Shown one piece after another: positions 10,288 to 22,700 of a stretch of 37,779 nt of DNA. The position numbers and the translations under genes are program-made. The number at the start of each line of letters is the position of its first letter. The stretch's first letter is position 1. This DNA comes from Mesotaenium endlicherianum. Lineage: Eukaryota. Location of the stretch: positions 640,387 through 678,165 of the forward strand of contig WELA01000805.1 in NCBI GenBank assembly GCA_009602735.1, given 5' to 3'. A model generated the notes under the pieces. That model made no database searches, had not been told where the DNA came from, and saw only the letters and a list, made by a program, of their open reading frames with translations.

Positions 10288-11733
10288 ATTGGGAGCCCCC
10301 ACTCTCTTGATGAAACAAAATCAGATCGCTGATCACTCTGCTCCCTCTCCTGTCTTTACTCGTCTTATTTGAGGAGGAGGGGTCAAGGCTTCAAGATATA
10401 GTAAGATGGATCAAGAAAAGTTGTAGATGTTAGCGAGAAAGTGGCCAGGAGGGATGTAAACTTTCGTTCCTGACCGTCGAGTGAAGTTTATCTTATAGGC
10501 GAAGGGTTATGTCATTAAGGGAAGTGGTGCAGTTTGAGGCTATGACTGATTGTGATCTTTTTTTATTAGACAAGCGCCAGATTCTTAATGACGGATGTTA
10601 CGCACCTACAAGAGGAAACTAATGCGACTGACCAAAATCGTAAATCCTCAGTGGATTAGAGAGCTCCAGCTAATATTTAAATTTTGGGCGTCACCGTTAC
10701 TCGCTGAACCCGCAGAGCTTTGTAGTTGCACTCAACAACAAGTCGTGTACATAGTACATGTTCCAGCTATAGTCAATGCTGCTATGAATGGTCATGGTAA
10801 AAGAATGCAGCGCCTGAGCAGATACCAATCGTCAACAGGGGAAGCAGCTGGCCTCTTCAAAAGCTACATCCACCTTAAGCAAGTGCGACCGCTATTTAAA
10901 CTAGTGGGCATAAGAAATTCTGCCACCTTTGTGCAAGGGAGACCCACGGCCTCCTCTTCCCCTTCTCCACTTAATTGTAGCGGTCGCGAGGGACGCTTTT
11001 GATCAGGAAGTGACCAAGGACGAAAGAAGTTCAGGGAAAGGGAAGGAATCAGCATATATGAAACTCTTCTAAAAACAGGAGATTCGATCGCCGGAGGAAA
11101 TTTCACCAACCTGCCCGAAGGTTTGGAATCTCGTATATTGGCTGTGATTTCTGCCCGTCGAAGGCTCTTAGATTGTGCTTCAAAATTTCCACATTCGACC
11201 GTACAAATCACAAAATTCTGATCGATATATGGTAAAGAAGTGCGTGATAATCAAGTCTTATTATCCTGATCAATGTTTTTCTTCTCGTGGTCAAAGCATT
11301 GAAGGTTTTCTGGTCAATAGATGAAGACAAACATGCATTCCCTGTTTCAGTACCCCTATACCAAAACAAGTCGCCTCTGTCAACACAAGAAACTTGCTCT
11401 TAACGTTTCATTTTTTACATGCATCTTAAGTCAGTCGCATGAGCAAACCTTTCATGTTCACGAAATGCTGCAATGCTTTTAGACTGTATATGAGTACCAT
11501 GACCAAGTGCGAGCAGCAAAACGATCGCAAGTGATTAATTCTTATCGTGATTGATGAATTCATACACTGAGTGGTATCCTTTTCTAAAAAACTCGTTTTG
11601 TTACTACATGTTAGGGCGAATCATATTGTCTAGCCTTTTCCAGAAACTGCTCCGTTAATACCTGGTATCTCCTAAAAACGTTAGTGGGTCTCAATCACTC
11701 CTCCTCACTCCATTCTCCTGAGAGGTTATAGAT
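10288..11733. promoter_or_regulatory. Divergent intergenic/promoter region shared by eIF2B-epsilon and PAC4
   Basis: Head-to-head ATGs 1.45 kb apart; lower GC and no microsatellites. Promoter function is inferred from position only. Confidence 0.5.
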
Positions 11734-14700
11734 ATGCATCGACAGGTAACTCATCAAGAATCGTCAGATCTTGAGATAAAGGAGGGCTTACAGCAAGTTG
11801 ATCCTTCGGAAGCAAATTGCTTCACGGAAGATGCCCTGGATTCAAAATTTTATTTCCAAATAGTGCCGCTGCAAAGGCAGGTACCTCATCATCACAATTT
11901 TCTTCCTTGTCCTCCATTGGGCCATGCTGCTGGTGCAAACATGTACGAGCACGCCACGTTGCCACTGCTAAAAATTGCAGGTGTCTCACCTCTTTACTGA
12001 AATTGTATTTCCTATTTGTAAAATTATATCAACGACTGGTAATATATGCAGACGATGCTGGGGCAGAGCAAGCTGGCCTGAAGTCATCATGCAGACATCA
12101 GAATTTCCCTCGTGACCAGCCATTGTAGCTCATCACCACCTCGACCTGTTCTAAGTCCTCACATCTTTGTGTACATCATATGGCTGCTTCATTTGGCTCC
12201 AAACATGAAAGGCTTTTGTGACCTCTCCACTTACTTTATAGTCTCTAGCCGTTTTGACAGTATATTGATATTTATATATAAATACATGTGTAAGATATAT
12301 ATATCCGTATATATATGTAAAAAAGAACGTGTATGTATATGTATGCATTTATTTTCATTTGCAATCTTCACTCTTCTCTTGTTTCTTGGTGGCAGCTCTA
12401 CGTGTGGGTAGGATGCAACACATCCAGCATGGGCAACGTTTATGCTGCGGTTTCCACTCGATTTGTGAGTTCCGTCTTGCCCTCTTGCTCACACTCCCCC
12501 ACACTTTCCACGCCCACACGCACACACACTCACTCTCTCTCTCTTATACACACACAGACACACTCGCACACACACGTGTGCGCGCGCATGCACGGTACTA
12601 TGTAGAGTAATGAAGATTTGGAGGGCTTTGTGCATGTGCAATCCTGATCCACAAACACCACTGGTGGCTTACTCACTTAGTCACATGTTCAGCGGGGCAG
12701 TCCATGGTACACTGCTGTTGACATCTTGTGTACATTTTCTACTGTGGTGTACCCGTATCACTTCTGCTCTAAGCAGCAGCGTGATAGTAGAGCGTCATTC
12801 CAGTCCTCTCACCACCGCTTCTCGGAGCCATTGACAGGATGCCATGCCAGTTGTCTCGCCTCTGATTGGCGGAGGTGCTGATTGCCCAGGCGCCAGCATG
12901 GCGCGCCGACTGGGTGAGTGCCATCTGGCACCCTCCTCTACATGGATCCCCCTCTTGTTACATTGACCAAGAAGTATCAGGACTTGTTCATCGTTGCAGG
13001 ATGTAAGATACGCATGCACACAAGGACAGACACTGAGAGGTATACACGTGCATTGACGTGCGTATGTACATATGCAACTAGAGGGGTCCCCATTAAGCAG
13101 GAAGTGCAGAGGAGTCCCAATACCTTGCATGGAACACGCATGAGGACACTGATGAACGCAGGCATGAGACACATTGTCTATCTATCCTAAGGCCTTCCCA
13201 CTCATCTCATGACCTTGTTCTTCTTCACCCCAAACTGGCACTGCACCCCTGCGCCCCCCTTCCTGGGGCCCCCTCCGTCAAGCAAGTCAGGTTCCACTCC
13301 ATCTTGCTACTTCTTCAAATGGGAGAGGCTGGCACTTTCTTGGCAGTTCACCATGTTTTATTATTCTAATGTAAAAGGAGGGGGGCGGGAGCAGCTAGAA
13401 CCTTGCACGCACTGTATAAGTGTTGTCAGGCACGCCCCCTCGCCTTATCCAGCTATCGGGCCTAAGAAGGGAGGACCGGAGGTAAAGGGAACGGGCGCGT
13501 TTTTTTGTTGACCTTTTCTGTCCTTTTGAACAGCGATGCCCAGGGCCCTGGTGTGAGGTTTTGGGGCATGTTACTTGGAGTCGGGAACTGAGATTGAAAG
13601 CAGGATTTTGAAGTAGGGTTATTGTACTAGGGTTCCACGCACGCTGCTGCTGTCGTCCCTGCCAGGTTCCTGCCACCGTTTGCGACCTGCGGACCGAGGT
13701 AACAGATCAGGTTCAAGGCCGTCCCCTCACATCCCGCTTAACGCCTGCCCCTGCAGAAATGCTCCGAAGCAAAACCCAGTCTCCCGGAATGGTATGCCTA
13801 GAGAGCTCGTCGCCTTTACCTCAGACCCTCATGCAGTGAAAGGCCAGCAAACATCCTCATGACCCCTGGCCAGTCAGCAGCCTTTGCAAGCCGGCATCGC
13901 CGTTTGAGGGGTTGGGGGGCGAGGGGAGGGAGAGTGGGTGAAGAGTTTGTGTTGCGTGGGCTGGTGCTGGTGTAGTGATGTCTGCTGGTGCTGATTTGTG
14001 CTGTGCTGTGTGTGTGAACGCGTGGCAGCGTTGAGGGCGGGGAGGAGCGTGGTGCTGGCGTGCAACATGCCTGCCAAGTCGCCCACTCTGGAGGTACGCC
14101 CGCTTCTCCACCCTGCACTTTTCGCACTTTTGCCTTTTTTTCACGACTTTTCATGTATTTTTTGCCCTTGCAAAATACGACCAGTGATGGGCTGTCTCAT
14201 CTGATATATGCACCACATTCACCCTGTTGGCGGTACATGCAACACCACAGAGAAAGGAATGTGAGAGTATATTCATTTGAGATGTTACCTGGCTATTGTT
14301 GTATGTATGTCCACGTGCATGCATATATGGATCATATGTTTCATATGTATTCTGAATGTGGTGGTGTATGCAATACCTGCAATACATGTTGACTTGCATT
14401 TATCTGTGTTTTTATAAGGTATTACTGATTTTATTATCTTGTAGTTAAATATGCATACTATAGTCCTTCCTCTCTCCTTTCTATCTTCTCGCCGCCTTTG
14501 TTTCTTTCTCATGTCTGCACATGTATGTCTATATAATATTACTTAACATAATTATTGTATATGTATATAAGTATGTATCTATATGCAATTACGATTGCAT
14601 GCATACCTATATATATATGCATGTATATATATATTTGCGTAGTCATGATTGGATGCATATCTATATATATTTGTAGCATGTTAGCGAAAAGCACTACCAG

Positions 14701-15345
14701 TACTTGAATGCCAATCCTTCCCAAGTGATCTCGAATATTAGGGCATTCATTTTCGACGCCGTATGGGGTGGGCATCTATGTGTGAGGTTTCGCTTGGAAA
14801 AGAAATAAAGGAGTCGTGATGCTGGTATTATTTCATACTACTTATACGTGACTTCTTAAATGCTTGTGTCCAAATTTCTATTGACCCTGACAGAGATGCA
14901 CGGTGAAGGGAGGCTTGCAGTTACCTCTACAGTTTCACTCTTTTGTGCCTCCACTATTGCATACTGGAACTGTTTTGTGTCCATTGCACATCGCACATCT
15001 GCGAGAGTACCCCAATGAAATCTGAAGTACACTTTCCTGTCTCTTTTTGGTTTTTCTATATGTGTATATGCATGTATATGTGTACAGTATGCGTGTTTCA
15101 TGATATGATGAGAACGCCATTGCAATCACTTTGAACAGATCTTTGGTTAGTCGTGGCAGGCATACGCAGAGAGAAGGCTCCTGCAGGAGCTGCGTGCGAT
15201 GGGGATAGTGCAAGCAGCCGTTCCCAATGGTGCACACGCAGGGCTGTCGTCGCTCTCAGGTGCATCGCAAGCTCAATTTGAGCTCTCTACTGCACACCCG
15301 TCAGATCTCCCGTCGCTACCATCGGATGAACTCCGATTGAGTTGA
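11734..15345 (+). CDS. PSMG4: Proteasome assembly chaperone 4 (PAC4/PSMG4 family), 5 exons, ~180 aa
   Basis: Exons 11734-11880 (...NCFTEDALDSKFYFQIVPLQRQ), 12396-12464 (LYVWVGCNTSSMGNVYAAVSTRF), 12838-12913 (DAMPVVSPLIGGGADCPGASMARRL), 14029-14093 (ALRAGRSVVLACNMPAKSPTLE), 15160-15345 (AYAERRLLQELRAMG...stop). All GT/AG, phases consistent, total 543 nt. Matches the recalled plant PAC4 pattern (FQI..L..Q+Y.W+GCN, ARRL, ACN+P..SP.LE..AE++L). Confidence 0.88.
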
Positions 15346-16785
15346 GCCTGCAGAGCTTTATTCTTCTCTTTTTGTTAAGGCTGTAGTAGCATGTGGCCTC
15401 CCTTGTGAGAGGAAAAGATGGAGAAGAAAGAAAAAGGGGCCATGCTGCGCGAGACTGCACTACCTGAAAGTTGGGCACTGGAGGGTACCTGTTCACATTA
15501 GGCACGAAGTTGGGAAGCCACTTCATATGCACACAGACGTACACTCTGGTTCTTAGGAGAGTTGAAGATGTAAAGCAGGTTGTAGAAGGTGAGATTAGGC
15601 ATGTATATGAACTTCCTGGAGAAGGCTTGTAGTGCCTCTCGTTCAAACACGGTTATGACGCCATGTGTCTCTGCCACTTAAAGATACAGTTTCTGGAGCA
15701 CTTGCAAGGAGGGGACATTAGAGTACGTGACGTATTTGTGAAGCCGAGACGATGGCATGAGACCCTTGAATTCCAAACTTCAAAGCTGTCCTTCCCTGTC
15801 CCTGCTCAATTGATAGTCGCGTGTCACAGCATTTCCTTTTGCTGGATTTTGTGTTCTTGAAATATTTGTTCTCAAAGAGTTTCTTACGCATACGTCAGCT
15901 CCCCGATGAAGGAGTGGAGTTTATTTTTGTCAGATATAATAGACTGAACATGGGAGACACTAACTTCTTATCTCATCGTCAACTCTATGTCTTTCAACAG
16001 GGGATCGAATAGAGCGCACTTAAAAAACTTTGTTGTAGCGGATAGTTGCGACGTCATTTTTAAGTTTGTGAGCCTCAAGGATGTTGACTTTTTAAACGTA
16101 ACAGCTAGTTTTGCTCTTCTGCAACCCCTCTTGCTGGAGAAGGAATTTTAACGGGTTGTGACAAAATCTGGACTTGATATTGAAATAACTGCAAAACCAG
16201 ATGTGAGATATCCCGAGTTTTTCTTGCCGTGAAATCGACAAACCCGATGAGTAGCATGCATGCAATGTCAGCCCGAAGGTGCTTAGTGTGTTGGCTTCGT
16301 GCATGCCAAGGTTGACTTGACTTAATGTTTGAAGGCTCTGGACGGTAGATCTGAGTTTGTTGACCGCAAGTTTAAAATTGCACGGATTGCTGGGTAGCTT
16401 AGAACTCATATTGTAAATTTGGGCGTTCTTGGAATTATAATCTTCATGCATGCACGCTCAATTCAGTGTCGCCACTCAAGGGGCTCAACATGAATGTAGA
16501 CCGCAGCAGCGTGGCGTCAATTTCTCCTCCACTTGCAATCAGAAAGAAAGTGCGAGTTCTTTGCTGCATCTTAAACTGCTGTTTCAAGTCCTAATGACGA
16601 CCAAAAGAGAAACCAAACGTCGTATCCACCACAGATGACGATGCCATTGTTGGGTGGACATTAGAGTGACAGAAGATGCAGAATATGTTGCAGCAACTGA
16701 CACAATACATCCAACCACACGTCATAACACGGCCAGCTTTGGTAGCCAACGCGACCAGACTGTATTGCCCGAAGGCTGAGATCCC

Positions 16786-19700
16786 ATGACCATTCCGTCT
16801 GATCAGAATGCTGATGCCGGCCACATGAATGGCATAAAAAAGCCTCGCCCCCTTTCTGAGTAATACTCTAGCTCCCGCATGTTTTATGGATGGTCTAATA
16901 ATGGATACCATGCAGTTGTTACTAGTATACTGCTACTGCTTTTGTAATGTAATATTGCAAGGTTCATTTGGCAGGATGTACATGGGAGGTGGGCGGTTAT
17001 GGTTTGTGTGATACCTTTGGAGCATAATTGTTATAATATATAAGCATCCTGATGTGATGCAGCAGGCGTTCACATCATACACTGACATGCAACAATAAAT
17101 GGAGAAGAATAAACTACTCCTTTGTCAAGCGGGCAAACTCAACCATGTATATATGCTCATGTTTTCACTGTTGATCTTAGCTGAACCCCAGCCGCATTCA
17201 TCAAGCTATCGTTAGGAGGCATCAATGTGTCTAATGTATCAAGTCTGGTTACTGCACGGCTCACCCATGGCTGACCACTTTACCTCAGAAATTTTGTAAC
17301 TTGAGAAGAAAACCTTGAACTCATGATGCTTTGAACAAGTAACACCCCTGCAGCAATCTGTGTCCTTCCCATCAATTTTTGAATGCCTCATATTTTTTTC
17401 TGTTGCTGAATTCTAGGGCATCAGTCTACATACTTGATTATCCGCTAGTCATGTGAAACGTCAGTTCTGGTCAAAATGCCATCCAGCTACTAGCTGGTTT
17501 GCCATGTTGCAAAGTAGTCTTATGCACATACATGCGAGAGAGCAATCGTTTTCTCAAATTTGTACTTTGACTGGACTATCAAGCTGCGGTTGTTTGAGTT
17601 TCCTTGCTCCTGCTTAAAGTGAATCTTGTTGAATGTGTGCCAGCTGCAAACTGGTGTAGCAGATCCATTGATTGGGAAGAGGCTAGAAGGTTTGAAAATA
17701 TTTGGCATAGGGCGAGCCGTTGAAACAAACTAATCCAGGTCTGTAAAACATTACACACATGTATGTCTATTCATTTGCCTGTGCTTACATCTTTTAACCA
17801 TGTGCATGATTTTCAGGGAGGCGATAGATGGCATCAAGCTTGACTCCCTTCAGAAGCTCTTCTCCATGTTTGAGCCTCTCATGCGCCGCGTGGTAAACTC
17901 CTGACGCCCTCAACCCTACCACAGGGCTAGGGCTAGGCTGAGGTTAGGGCTAGGACTAGGCCTCGGCTAGGCCCTGGCTATAGCTCATAAAGCAGCTAAG
18001 TCACCTTTTTTGGCGGCAGGATGTTTGTCCCTCTCTCTTCAGTTCACTGATCTAACTCATATGTGTAGTATGAGCAGTGAATCTGTAATGCTCTGCAGCA
18101 GTCTCTCTTCCTTTGTGTGACACCAACTTCCAAGTTCATCATTTTTGGGGGGCAGTAAAGAATGCCATTTGAATTTTGAAAAGAAGAGTAGTTGATGTAG
18201 TTGATGTAGTTGATGGGCGTTCATGTCAGTGGATGTACGCTGTACATGAATTTCAGATGATGCTCCTGAGCAGTTACGGGTTCAGGTGTTCGGGTGCACA
18301 GATGACTTGTTTCGGCATTACGTGGAGATAACATGTATGCGAGTGCTTGTCTCAGTGAAGGCTTTCCAAAGGCATAACTTGCAGAAGCTTGAAAGTCTCC
18401 TGCACAGCGCTGACAGATTCACAGTTCAGCTAGCTAGCTGAGCATCAAGCCCGAGTCTGAGTCTCTGGAAAGTGGGTGCACCAAATAACAATTCTAGACG
18501 TACCAAAATTTATTATTCAACGGCGTACACTTTGGCAAAATCGCCGTGATGCTGCAATTTACAGGTGGCAGAGGAGGTGGACAAAGCGCTGATCGCCAGG
18601 TCGCCCTCGAAACGGAGACCGCAGGAGCTGCCGCCAGGTGGCGAGTGAGTGCCTCCCTCCCCAACATTGAGCCCGTTATAACAATAGCTTGGTATCTTCA
18701 TCCTTTCCGCCTCATCCCCACTCCAGTCTCGCTGCTCAGACCGTGTGCCATCTTTCCTTTGCATATATATGTAAGCAAGTACGGATGGATCAAATGCATC
18801 AAAAACATGCGATATAACACACACACACACACGCACACACACGCACACACACACACACACACACATATACGCACGCACACACACGCACGCAGGCACGCAC
18901 GCACGCATGCGCGTACGTGCATACAGGGATACACAAAGTGTATTTCTCAAGCACGTATTCTTACCTGGACACGTATGAAGTGCAATGCAGGAGGGGTGAG
19001 CAGCACGGGGGGGATAGGAGTGCCCAGCAGCAGCAGCAGCAGAGCTCAGCCTCATCACCGCCAGGTGTGCCAGGCACGCAGCAGAGTGCCCCGCCAGCAA
19101 GCATGGCAGCCCCGGCGTTGCAGCAGCAGCAGCAGGCGACAGGAGGCAAGCTGCTGCGGCTCAACTTCTGCAACAAGCTGGCACTCCCCCTCTTTACCGG
19201 CAGGTGCGTGGTCATCCTTTCCATTTGTACTCTATATACCATTCCTGGTATTCTCCCAAAGGCCTTCGCTGTTGCCTCCTCAACGGTAACCATCAGCATG
19301 TAGGCGCTGTAACAATATTACAAATGTGATGCATTGAAGGACGCTCATTCAATCATTGAAAGATCAATATGGGGTGTACAACTAGAGGCTGCAATTGTTA
19401 CATTGGAACTTAGCATTTCTATAACGTTGATCTGTGTACCATTATATCTTTTGTGCTGAATTTCTTTCACTCCTTACTTTCCCCTTTCTCCTTCTCTGCA
19501 CCCTTCTTGCCCCTCCCGCCTTTCTTTTCCCCCCCTCTTCACCTATCGCCCCTTCTCCTTCTCCCCCCCCCTCCCCCACCCTTTGCCCTGCAACCCCCCT
19601 TCATCCTTCCTTCACATTTTCTTTTTGGTAATCGCACCCCATTCCACTGCATCTGATATATGCAGCCGAATAGAGGCAGACCAGGGGGGGCCAGTCTCTG

Positions 19701-22700
19701 TGGCCCTCCAGGATGCCGCCACCTGGGAGGTGGTCCGCTTGGGCGAGCTGGCGAGCGCAAAGCTGGAGGTGGTGGTGCTGGAGGGGGACTTCCTGCCAGA
19801 CGAGCGCGACACCTGGAGTGTTGAGAAGTTTGACACGTGTACGGTGAAGCAGCGGGAGGGCAAGCGGCCGCTTCTCTCCGGCGATGTCTCTGTGCAGCTC
19901 AAGGTGCGTGCCCTCCTTCTGGACCCTGGGTGTATCAGAAAAATTGCGCTTTTTCCCTCTGGTGTTCTGATGATCTGTGTGTCGTCACACTCGACGATGT
20001 CGGCTGCGATATGCTTCATCGTGGCGCATGGTATGCGTACGTCCGCGTGTATGCCCCTGTGTTTGTGTGTGTGTGTTTTTGTGATTCGTTTTTTTTTTTT
20101 GGGGAGGGGGGGGCAGAGGGGGTATTTGTGTGTCTCCATGTGCGTGCACGTAGTCATTGTAAATCTTTGTGTACCTGTACGTGGCTGTAGTAACCCGGAT
20201 TATAAGGGCTGCTAGGGCTTCCGTGCAGTAACCAGCTTAATTCCTCCCTCTTGCAAATGATTTCCTCCATACTCTTGTCTTCTATTGTTTGTCATCTGTT
20301 CCTACATCTGCTGCAAGAAACTTGAAAGTCTCCTCTTGCGTTCGCGCGGGCATGCGACAGCTGGCACGCCAGATAGAAATTGCATTGAAAGCAGGTTTGC
20401 CTGCTGATCGCTTCTGCTCGGGTGGCAGGACGGTGTGGGAACACTTGGCGAAGTGAGCTTCACCGACAACTCGAGCTGGATCAGGAGCAGAAAGTTCCGC
20501 CTGGCCGCACGCGTGGCGCCTGCTGTTAGCCTGCCGCCCGGTGTGCGCGTGAGGGAGGCCATGACGGAGGCCTTCACCGTGAAGGACAACAGAGGCGAAC
20601 GTGAGTCCCCGGCTTGTGCATGTGAAACCAAGCGCCAGTGAAGAAGACCTTGAACAATTTATGCAAATACATGGACACCTGAAAAAGGCCTGACACTGCG
20701 TGCGTGCCTGCGTGCGTGCGTGCGTGTGTGCGTACATACGTGAGTGTGTCGGTGCGTGCGTCTGTGCGTGCGCGTGCGCGTGCGCGTGTGTGTTTCCAAA
20801 CTTTGAAGTGTACAAGAAGCACTACCCGCCGGCGCTGGACGACGAGGTGTGGCGGCTGGAGGGCGTGGGGAAGGACGGCGCCTTCCACCAGCGCCTCAAC
20901 GCCGCCGGCCTGCACACCGTGGAGGACTTTCTGCGCTGGTTCGTGCTCGACCCCCGGTGCCTCCGGCGGGTAAGTGGCACACGTGGGCCCTGAGTGGCAA
21001 TGCGCGCCGTATATGAGCGGCACCCTGTTGTACCCGTGCCATGTGGCACACATGGCACGTGGCCTGCGAGAACTCTGTGGCTTTGCTTTGCTGTCTCTAT
21101 GTTGCTGCAGGTCTGCCGGGTGACATGCACAGAGTGCATGCGCCATGTGGCGGCTGGTCAGCCTGTAGCAAAGAATCCAAGCAACATGTCACTTCATGCC
21201 ACGCTATGCCTGCCTGCCTGCCTGCCTGCCTGCTTGGCTAGCTTGAACCTTTTGCCAATGACGTTGGCGTGAGTGTGTCGCGAACTGTTTTTACACCCTG
21301 ATGTAGGACAGTAGCATAGCCATAGAGAGGTACATGGGAGCGAGACTGCAGAACTTGGAGGTGCTGAAGCAAAGCATAGCAGAACACCTCCTTGTACGTA
21401 CGTATGAAGGCACAGACACCATATGTTTGTGTGCACATGTATTTTCATATATGCAAGTGTCCATGGTATGTACATACGTACGTACACTGGCTCCTGGCTC
21501 CTGGCCCCTGGCTCCTGGCTCCTGGCTCTCTCCTGGCTCCTGGCTCATGGCTAATAGATCCTGGCTCCCGACTCCTGGCTCCTGGCACTCTTGGCAGATA
21601 ATGGGCGCCGGCATGTCGAGCAAGATGTGGGAGGGGCTGGTGGAGCACTCGCAGACGTGCGTGCTCAACGGCAAGCTCTACATCTACTATTCGCACGACG
21701 CCCGCCAGGTGGGCGCGGTGTTCAACAACATCTACCAGCTCATGGGCGTCGTCAGCGGCGCCCGCTACACCCCCGTGGAGGAGCTGCCGCCCTCGGAGCA
21801 GGTCTGTCTCGAAAGTTCACGCGCGCGCACGCACTCGCGTCGGCACGCGCACACGCGCGTAGGCACGCGTACGTGCATGCGCAAACATGGCCGTGCACGT
21901 GCAAATGCGCACACGGGTGTGCGAGCAGGTCTGCCTCGAGGCAAGCGCATGCCCTGGAGCAAAATGAGGGTGGGGGGGAGAGTGTGGTCGTCCGTATCTC
22001 TCTTAGCTGCAGTCCTCGCCTGGCGTTGTCTCCAGGTGCCACCTGTACAGTGTGCGTGCTTTTGGTGCACGGCACGTGGCAGAGAGGGCCGGCAAATCAC
22101 GCAGGCAGGGATGGTGCCAGCAACCACTCAGCGCGCCACCTGCGCCTGTTTGCTGCCCTGTCCTGCCCTGCTGTGCTCTGCCCTGCTCTGCAGGGGCGTA
22201 GCACTATCAAGTGCAAGCACCCACGATGCCCCTCGGGCTGCTGGCCAGGGCTCGCACACCAGCCTGCTTGCTCCTCTCTCCTTCTCTTTCTCTCTCTCCC
22301 ATCTTCATTCTCCTGCTCCAAGCTGGCCCGTGCTCACGCATGCTGACATATGCTCACACTTGCTCTTTCTTGCGCTCTCGCTCTCGCTCTCGTGCGCTTG
22401 CCTTGCACTCGCGGGGGCGGGCGAGCGGGCCGGCGCAGGCGTACGTGGACAGGCTGGTGAAGGCGGCGTACCAGCACTGGGACCGGGTGAGCGAGTACGA
22501 CGGCGAGGAGCTCGTGCAACGCCCCGAACGCATGCAGCCCCTCTCTACCAACCCCCTGCTCGCCCGCCCCAACCCCGCCGCCCAGGCCCTGGCGCAGCGG
22601 AAAGCCAACATCCGGACAGGCGGCGGCGGTGGCGGCGGCGGTGGTGGCGGCGGCGGGGGAGCCAGCGAGGCGGGCGGTGGTGGCGACCCCCTGCCGCCTC

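Noticed and set aside
11096..11104. GAAATTT CBP60g/SARD1-type binding motif (also near 6392)
   Set aside because: Isolated 7-mers are expected by chance in 38 kb.
15139..15259. Apparent upstream CBP60 exon (…RRAVVALR|)
   Set aside because: The same DNA is better explained, in another frame, as the last PAC4 exon (AYAERRLLQEL).
21487..21586. Repeat arrays considered as CRISPR or transposon ends
   Set aside because: These are simple tandem repeats without spacers in a eukaryotic intron; I recognised no transposase, reverse transcriptase or terminal inverted repeats in the window.
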